From the human T2T-CHM13v2.0 reference genome, Homo sapiens, in assembly GCF_009914755.1 (NCBI RefSeq), contig NC_060936.1: DNA of 64,000 nucleotides. One strand, 5' to 3'. A program made the translations under genes and the position numbers. Shown one piece after another: positions 56,878 through 64,000 of the stretch (its first letter is position 1; every line of letters starts with the position of its first letter). The notes below the pieces were generated by a model. It did not search any database. It saw nothing but the letters and a program-made list of their open reading frames with translations, and had not been told where the DNA came from.

Positions 56878-58433
56878 TGTTCCAGGAAAGGGGTCCCAAT
56901 CCAGACCCCAAGAGAGGGTTCTTGGATCTTGCACAAGAAAGAATTCAGGGTGAGTCCGCAGTGCAAAGTGAAAGCAAGTTTATTAAGAAAGTAAAGGAAT
57001 AAAAGAATTGCTACGCCATAGACAGAGCAGCCCCAAGGGCTGCTGGTTGCCCATTTTTGTAGGGACAAGCCCCACAGGGTCGGTGGGTCTCTCCCCGTGT
57101 TCAGAGATGAGAGAGTGTAGAAATAAAGACACAACACAAAGAGATAAAAGAAAAGACAGCTGGGCCCGGGGGACCACTACCACAAATGCACGGAGACCGG
57201 TAGTGGCCCCGAATGTCTGGCTGTGCTGTTATTTATGGGATACAAAGGAAAAGGGGCAGGGTAAAGAGTGTGAGTCATCTCCAATGATAGGTAAGGTCAC
57301 GTGGGTCACGTGTCCACTGGACAGGGGGCCCTTTCCTGCCTGGCAGCTGAGGCAGAGAGAGAGAGGAGACAGAAAGACAGCTTATGCCATTATTTCTGCA
57401 TATCAGAGACTTTTAGTACTTTCACTAATTTACTACTGCTATCTAGAAGGCAGAGCCAGGTGTACAGGATGGAACATGAAGGCAGACTAGGAGCGTGACC
57501 ACTGAAGCACAGCATCACAGGGAGATGGTTAGCCCTCCGGATAACCGCAGGCGAGCCTGACTGATGTCAGGCCCTCCACAAGAGGTGAAGGAGCAGGGTC
57601 TTCTCTAAACTCCCCCGGGGAAAGGGAGACTCCCTTTCCTGGTCTGCTAAGTAGCGGGTGTTGTTCCTTGACACTTTTCGCTACCGCTAGACCACGGTCC
57701 GCCTGGCAACCGGCATCTTCCCAGATGCTGGTGTCACCGCTAGACCAAGGAGCCCTTCTGGTGGCCCTGTCTGGGCATAACAGAAGGCTCGCACTCTCGT
57801 CTTCTGGTCACTTCTCACTGTGTCCCCTCAGCTCCTATCTCTGTATGGCCTGGCTTTTCCTAGGTTATGATTATAGAGCGAGGATTATTATAATATTGGA
57901 ATAAAGAGTAATTGCTACAAACTAACGATTAATGATATTCATATATCTAAGATCTATATCTGGTATAACTATTCTTGTTTTATATTTTATTATACTGGAA
58001 CAGCTTGTGTCCTCGGTCTCTTGCCTCGGCGCCTGGGTGGCTTGCCGCCCACACATTTTTATGGTTATTTCTTGATAATATGCTAAATAAGAGGTGAATA
58101 ATGCATTCTTCCTCTTTTTAGACCTGATAGGGTAACTTCCTGACATTGCCATGGCATTTGTAAATTGTTGTGGTGTTGGTGGGAGTGTAGCAGAGAGGAC
58201 GACCAGAGGTCAGTCTCTTCACCATTTTGGTTTTGGTGGATTTTGGCTGGCTCCTTTATTGCAAACTGTTTTATCAGCAAGGTCTTTATGACCTGTATTT
58301 TGTGATGACCTTCTATCTTATCCTGTGACTTAGAATGCTTTAACCATCTGTGAATGCAGCCCAGTTGGTTTCAGCCTCATTTTACCCAGCTCCTACGTAA
58401 GGTGGAGTTGCTCTTGTTCACACACCTCTGACA
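56878..58433 (-). mobile_element. MER41A solo LTR, interrupted by LTR13
   Basis: Reverse complement TGTCAGAGGTGTGTGAACAAGAGCAACTCC ... CCAAGAACCCTCTCTTGGGGTCTGGATTGGGACCCCTTTCCTGGAACA; A-type GTCCTCTCTGCTACACTCCC; 4-bp TSD TGTT (56874-56877 / 58434-58437). Confidence 0.9.
57058..58053 (-). mobile_element. LTR13/LTR13A solo LTR (HERV-K13, HML-4)
   Basis: Reverse complement starts TGTGGGCGGCAAGCCACCCAGGCGCCGAGGCAAGAGACCGAGG and ends GGGGCTTGTCCCTACA; 996 bp; perfect 6-bp TSD CATTTT (57052-57057 / 58054-58059). Confidence 0.92.
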
Positions 58434-58454
58434 TGTTCACTACAGCTAAGAAAT

Positions 58455-58720
58455 TTATGTTATCACCAATTTTATGTGTGTGTGTGTGTGTATGAGGAAA
58501 CAAGGCAATGAGCAGTAAAGTAACTTCTCCAAAATCACAACGCTAATAAATTGAATCAGGAAGTTAAATAAAACAAGTTGAAACCCTAACTCTGTTGCTT
58601 ACTGCTAGCTGAACTTAGCAAGTTACCTACGCTTTCTTAGTCTGTTTTCTCATTTGAAAAATCGGTGTCATAGATACATCCTATAGTTGTTATATTGATT
58701 AAATTATATACAGAAGCATA
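58455..58720. mobile_element. MIR fragments (opposite orientations) with (TG)n
   Basis: ATGAGGAAAC..AAGTAACTTCTCCAAAATCACA (-); GCAAGTTACCT..CTGTTTTCTCATTTGAAAAAT (+). Confidence 0.6.
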
Positions 58721-60214
58721 TGCACAAATATTATTTATATTTACAACGTTTCCAATTGTCTCTGAAAAAAAATAGTCATCCTATTCAGAAATATATTTAA
58801 TCATCACTATGGTAGATAAGAGTTGTGAGATGTGAGTGACGGTAACTCCAACAGGAGGTTTATGAAACAGTACTAAGGAGAGTGTCCTTAATCTTCAGAT
58901 CTTTGGTTGTGGTAATACATGATATATTCCAGGGACACAGACTAGAGAAAAAAATTGACAGATCAGAGACATCAGAGAGGAAAGGAAAGAAGTCAGGGAA
59001 GAAAGTGCTTAAAGGAGCATTTTTAATTGCCAGTTATCAAATGTTTTTGATTTAATATTTGTATTTATCAAACCCTCAAGTGCTTTAGGTTAGTATAATT
59101 TATCATTTTATCATGATTTTTCACTTTAGGGTTTCCTTTTATTTTGTTTTGTCTTCCTTTCTTTCCTTTCTTCTTTTTTAGCCAGAGCTTTACTCCGCAG
59201 GGTAGAAGAAGATGAGAGAAATAAAAAGGTAGAACCTGTTGAGAAGCTGTGAGGTTAAAATCATGTTCCTAGAATTCTGATACTATACTAGGCTTGCCAA
59301 GCCATGAAGCAAACTGAGAAGTCTCCTGCAGTGTTTTCAAAGGAACCAGATACAAAAACAATCTAAAAACAAGCAGTATGAGATGTGACAGACAACATGC
59401 TGCTGCAAAGACGTTCCTTCCCTTTAACCCCGACACACATACCCTATATGAGGGCCCACATTCAGCCCTCCACATAAACACACACACACGCACACACACG
59501 TGCGTGCAAACATGCGTGCACTGTCTTATATACCCTCCTTATCTGTCTGTTCCTAATATATTGCTTTGCTGGCCACCGGACTAGAGGTTCTGAAATTATA
59601 CTATATGGAATACATATGAAAAAGAAAACAAAGTTGATTTAAATTTCCTCTGAAATACATTTTTGTTTTGAAATCTATCACCAAGCACATGTAACACAGG
59701 CATCCTACAGAGCAGGCTGGGAAGATTGTTGGGGTTCTCAATACCGTTTGAACCACCAATTTCCTAATTATCACCTACTTACTACTTCTTAGAATGAACC
59801 TATTAGTGTATTTTACAATATTAATAGATATTTTATTAGCTATTATGTTTTAGAATTGCTTTTTATATAAAAGCCGTGCACTAACTATGTCATCCCATTG
59901 ATCTTACCTCAATGTGCTCCTTACAGTCATCTCAAATGGCTAATAACTTGCTAATATAACTTTACAGGTACATTTTGTACCTTTCTCTTCACCAATTGTG
60001 GACATACCAGCTCATTAAACACTGTGAAAGAACACAGGCTAAAGCCCTTTCTTTTAACAAGCCAGTGGTGTGAAACCAAAGTCTAAGCCCTTGTTCTGTA
60101 ATGATCTTGATGCACCCCCTCCACAATACCAGGAGGTAGGATGTAGGGAGAAAACATCTCAGAGAGCTGCTTCCACAAAGGATGATTAATTTTTGGTGGT
60201 ATTTCTAAAGTTTT

Positions 60215-60257
60215 CTTTTAGATGTTGCTTTAATCTTTTAGATGTTGCTTTAATCTT
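60215..60257. repeat. Perfect 20-bp tandem duplication
   Basis: CTTTTAGATGTTGCTTTAAT x2 plus CTT. Confidence 0.95.
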
Positions 60258-61496
60258 CCCATTCATATCTTGGGTCATTTCAAAGCCTTGTCGGTACTGT
60301 TGGCTGGCTAAATGAAAAGCATAACAAGGTCAACTGTTGAACAATGAAACTTGTGTCAAGGCCCAGTTACACATTAATATAACTTGTTCTAGCCCATATC
60401 TACTCCTAACAACACATAAAAGAACAACAATTTGCTGTCATTTGGCAAAATAGCATCAAGGATGGTGTGACTGCAGAAATCCTCATGGAACAATGATCGC
60501 TAACACAGTTACTAACTATAAAACAGGATTTTTCTATTTTCAGTGGTCCTTGTGAGTGCATATCATTATTTGGGGGTTAAGTTGGAATGAAAGGTGTTTG
60601 CATTAGTCCCAACCATTTAATAAACTGCTTACAGGTAGGAAAGAAATATGCCTGAAATTGTTTATATACTCAATAAGAAAATAGAGCCAGTGAACAGTAG
60701 AACCAAAAAGAATTCAGTAGATTCTCTTACTGAATTTACCATATATTTATGTAAAGCAGATATTGCATACCTGCCAGAACACAGAGCTTAATTTGAATGC
60801 CATTATTCCAGCCAAATAAACACAAGATGACAAAATTGTTCAATAATTGAATTATTTTATTATACCCACTGCTTATGCTTTCAAATAAAATCAGTCAGAT
60901 TTTACAAACAGTGGTTTTCATAGAAGACTTTTTAGTAAATGCCTGCTTCAGAGAAAACCCCCACTGACTTAATTCACTTACAGATATTTTCATAACCTCT
61001 CTCACATGAACATAAATGTTCATGGGCTACATTCAAGAAGTTAACAAGCCTAAGATAACAGCTCAGCCAAGCTATGGAACTCAATTCCTGCTCCACTTTG
61101 AGAGAGAATATGCGATGTTAGCAAATAATGAAATGCAATACATCAAACTGTCTGCCTAGAGAACTCAACTTGTTTAGAATAAATTAACTTAAGCTGCCCA
61201 TAAAGAGAGTTGAAATGCAGATGAACCAATATGGCTGCATTACCAATTCCATCTAGTTTTCACCATAGAGTTAGTTTTAAGTGATTGGAACATAGAGATA
61301 GTGTCTGTCACCACAGTGCTCCTATAATGCTTTGTCCACACCACTTTTCCAGTCTTTTCTTCAATGTATTGTAGTTATTTCTTTGGATGAATTTTTTCAC
61401 CTACTGATTCTGAGTTCCTTGTAGGTAAGGATCATATTTACTGTTTTAATAAATGCTATTTTAATAAATAAGTGAAAGAATAAGTGAATTAATTCG

Positions 61497-61678
61497 AGTC
61501 ATGAGTGGCTTAATGACAGGAAGACATTTTGAGAAATGCACGGTTAGGTGATTTAATCATTGTGTAAATATTACACAGTTCATTTACACAAACCTAGATG
61601 ACATAACCTACTATACACCTAGGCTATATGGTATAGCCTATTTCTCTTAGGCTGCAAAACTGTACAGAATGATATTGT
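61497..61678 (-). mobile_element. Tigger3 (Golem) terminal fragment
   Basis: AGTCATGAGTGGCTTAATGACAGG..TGAGAAATGC..TACACAAACCTAGATG..CTACTATACACCTAGGCTATATGGTATAGCCTATT. Confidence 0.8.
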
Positions 61679-61978
61679 GCAACTGAGCCTTTATTATAAA
61701 GATCATAAGATGTTTGTTTAACTTATTTTCCTTTTATCTTGTCCTTTCCTGCCTCCATACATGTTTACTTGTAATTTTGGTAGAGAGTAGTCCCTAGTAA
61801 TTGATTAATTTGATATCCTCACCCCAGGGGCTGGCCACAAGATTAATGAACTTGTTTTCTTTTAAAGAACAAGGATTCTTAGGTCATACAGAAATTCTTG
61901 ATGGCCCCTAAAGTTTGATTGGGCTGAGGGACTCAAATAGCTTTGATCATTGGGGGAACCCACCTCCCACATACCTAC

Positions 61979-62355
61979 TGTCAGGCCTCTGGTCCCAAGC
62001 CTGCACATATACATCCAGATGGCCTGAAGTAACTGAAGAATGACAAAAGAAGTGAAAATGGTCGGTTCCTGCCTTAACTGATGACATTACCTTGTGAAAT
62101 TCCTTCTCCTGGCTCATCCTGGTTCAAAAGCTCCCCCACTGAGCACCTTGTGACCCCCACACCTGCCAGCCAGAGAATAACTCCCTTTTACTATACTTTT
62201 CCACTACCTACCCAAATCCTATAAAACGGTCTCACCCCTATCTCCCTTTGCTGACTCTCTTTTCAGACTCAGCCCGCCTGCACCCAGGTGATTAAAAAGG
62301 TTTATTGCTCACACAAAGCCTGTTTGGTGATCTCTTCACACGGATGCAGGTGAAA
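61979..62355 (+). mobile_element. LTR7 (HERV-H 5' LTR), short 377-bp variant
   Basis: TGTCAGGCCTCTG..CATCCAGATGGCCTGAAGTAACTGAAGA..CCTATAAAA (TATA ~62220)..ATTAAA (62291-62296)..TTGCTCACACAAAGCCTGTTTGGTG..TGAAA. Confidence 0.95.
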
Positions 62356-62357
62356 TT

Positions 62358-62375
62358 TGGTGCCATGACTCGGAT
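62358..62375 (+). promoter_or_regulatory. tRNA-His primer binding site of HERV-H
   Basis: TGGTGCCATGACTCGGAT directly after the LTR; one CpG-type change from TGGTGCCGTGACTCGGAT. Confidence 0.92.
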
Positions 62376-62986
62376 CAGGGGACCTCCCTTGGGAGATCAA
62401 TACCCTGTCCTCCTGCTCTTTGCTCCATGAGAAAGGTGCACCTACAACATCGGGTCCTCAGACCAACCAGCCCAAGGAACATCTCACCAATTTTAAATCA
62501 TGTAAGCGGCCTCTTTTTACTCTCTTCTCCAACCTCTCTCACTATCCCTCAACCCCTTTCTCCTTTCAATCTTGGTGCCATCCTTCAATCTCTCCCTTCT
62601 CTTAATTTCAATTCTTTTCCTTTTCTGGTAGAGACAGAGGAGATGTGTTTTATCCACGACCCCAAAACTCCGGTGCTGGTCATGAACTCAGGAAAACAGT
62701 CTTCCCTTGGTGTTTAATCACTGCAAGGATGGCTGCTTGATTATTCACCCACGTTTCAGAGGTGTCTGATCACCGCGGGGATGCCTGCCTTGATCCTTCA
62801 CCCTTAGCGGCAAGCACTGCTTTTCTGGGGGCAAGCAGCCCCCACCCTTTCTCTCCGTGTCTCTACCCCTTTTCCACTTCCCTGGGAGGCAAGCACCTCC
62901 CACCCTTCTCCACTTTCCTTGGGGGCAAGCACCCCCCACCCCTTCTCTCCATGTCCTCTCTTTTCTCTGGGCTTGCCTCCTTCACT

Positions 62987-64000
62987 ATGGGCAAACTTCC
63001 ACCCTCCATTCCTCCCTCTTCTCCCTTAGCCTGTGTTCTCAAAAACTTAAAACCTCTTCAACTCACACCTGACCTAAAACCTAAATGCCTTATTTTCTTC
63101 TGCAACACCGCTTGGCCCCAATACAAACTTGATAATGGCTCTAAATGGCCAGAAAACTGCATTTTCAGTTTCTCCATCCTACAAGACCTAGATAATTTTT
63201 GTCAAAAAATGGGCAAATGGTCTGAGGTGCCTTACATCCAGACATTTTTCACACTTCGTTCCCTCCCTAGTCTCTGTTCCCAATGCAATTCCTCCCAAAT
63301 CATCCTTGTTTCCCTCCCGCCTGTCCCCTCAGTCCCAACCTCAAGCATCGCTGAGTCTTTCCAATCTTCCTTTTCTACAGACCCATCTGACCTCTCTCCT
63401 CCTCCCCAGGCTGCTCCTCACCAGGCCAAGCCAGGTCCCAGTTCTTCCTCAGCCTCTGCTCCTCCACCCTATAATCTTTCTATCACCTCCCCTCCTTACA
63501 CCTGGTCTGGCTTACGGTTTAGTTCTGTGACTAGCTCTCCCCAACCTGCCCAACAATTTCCTCTTAGAGAGGTGGCTGGAGCTGAAGGCATAGTCAGGGT
63601 ACATGTGCCTTTTTCTCTATCGGACCTCTCTCAGATCAGTCAGCGTTTAGGATCTTTCTCATCAGGCCCTACTAAATATATACATGAATTCCAATATCTA
63701 ACTCTGTCCTACAATTTAACCTGGAGTGACTTAAATGTCATCCTAACTTTTATCCTCCCACTAGATGAATGGGAAAGAGTTTTTTCTCTGGCCCAATCTC
63801 ACACTGACAACTGTCGGCTCCACAAGCCAGACCTCCAGGAAGGCATTAGAGAAGTTCCCCAAGAGGATCCCCAATGGAACTATCAGGAAAATTCCCCAGG
63901 TATAGCTAGGCGAGATTACATGATTTCCTGCCTAGTTGAAGGGCTTAAAAAGGCAGCTTACAAAGCTATTAATTATGACAAGCTTAAAGAAACTACCCAA
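62987..64000 (+). CDS. gag: HERV-H Gag polyprotein, open frame, 3'-partial (MA - proline-rich/late domain - CA)
   Basis: Hand translation, 338 codons without stop or frameshift: MGKLPPSIPPSSPLACVLKNLKPLQLTPDLKPKCLIFFCNTAWPQYKLDNGSKWPEN...APPPYN...QQFPLREVAGAEGIVRVHVPFSLSDL...VPQEDPQWNYQ...CLVEGLKKAAYKAINYDKLKETTQ; strong Kozak context actATGg. Expression cannot be shown from sequence. Confidence 0.8.
   Translation, partial: MGKLPPSIPPSSPLACVLKNLKPLQLTPDLKPKCLIFFCNTAWPQYKLDNGSKWPENCIFSFSILQDLDNFCQKMGKWSEVPYIQTFFTLRSLPSLCSQCNSSQIILVSLPPVPSVPTSSIAESFQSSFSTDPSDLSPPPQAAPHQAKPGPSSSSASAPPPYNLSITSPPYTWSGLRFSSVTSSPQPAQQFPLREVAGAEGIVRVHVPFSLSDLSQISQRLGSFSSGPTKYIHEFQYLTLSYNLTWSDLNVILTFILPLDEWERVFSLAQSHTDNCRLHKPDLQEGIREVPQEDPQWNYQENSPGIARRDYMISCLVEGLKKAAYKAINYDKLKETTQ

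Larger units (their letters stand above)
62356..64000 (+). mobile_element. HERV-H internal region (leader + gag), runs off the window
   Basis: PBS-His, C/T-rich leader with GGCAAGCA(C/G)C repeats, splice-donor-like AT|GTAAGC at 62502, gag. Confidence 0.95.

Noticed and set aside
57008-57490. 160-aa ORF across the MER41A/LTR13 junction
   Set aside because: TTG start, antisense LTR sequence, no domain
56878-58433. Interferon-inducible MER41 enhancer
   Set aside because: The sequence is A-type and I see no tandem STAT1 GAS block of the MER41B kind; the element is also disrupted by LTR13
62427-63530. Short ORF-track calls in HERV-H (62420, 62427, 62745, 62857, 63306)
   Set aside because: Alternative-frame artefacts; the meaningful frame starts at 62987

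Overview
Primate, most likely human or great-ape, AT-rich non-coding DNA made up largely of interspersed repeats. No host protein-coding exon, RNA gene, CRISPR array or prokaryotic feature could be supported. Contents: several Alus (AluY, AluS, AluJ, monomers), a young 5'-inverted (twin-primed) L1PA2/3 insertion, older L1/L2/MIR fragments, DNA-transposon relics, and many LTR elements (decayed LTR16/ERVL provirus, internally deleted THE1 provirus, LTR8, MSTA, MER31, MLT1s, two MER67, MER4, MSTD, MER39, MER41A containing LTR13). The window ends inside a HERV-H provirus (LTR7, His-tRNA PBS, leader). The main observation is that the HERV-H gag frame is stop-free and frameshift-free from ATG 62987 to the window end (338 codons, hand-translated). 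The ORF track missed it because it has no stop inside the window, and it has a further 82-codon in-frame open leader. The second observation is a ~175-bp copy of neighbouring DNA inserted into an L1PB 3' end; it preserves the empty pre-insertion site of the THE1 element 0.6-1.5 kb upstream. Repeat family names come from recalled consensus features, not from a search, so subfamily calls and old-repeat boundaries are approximate.
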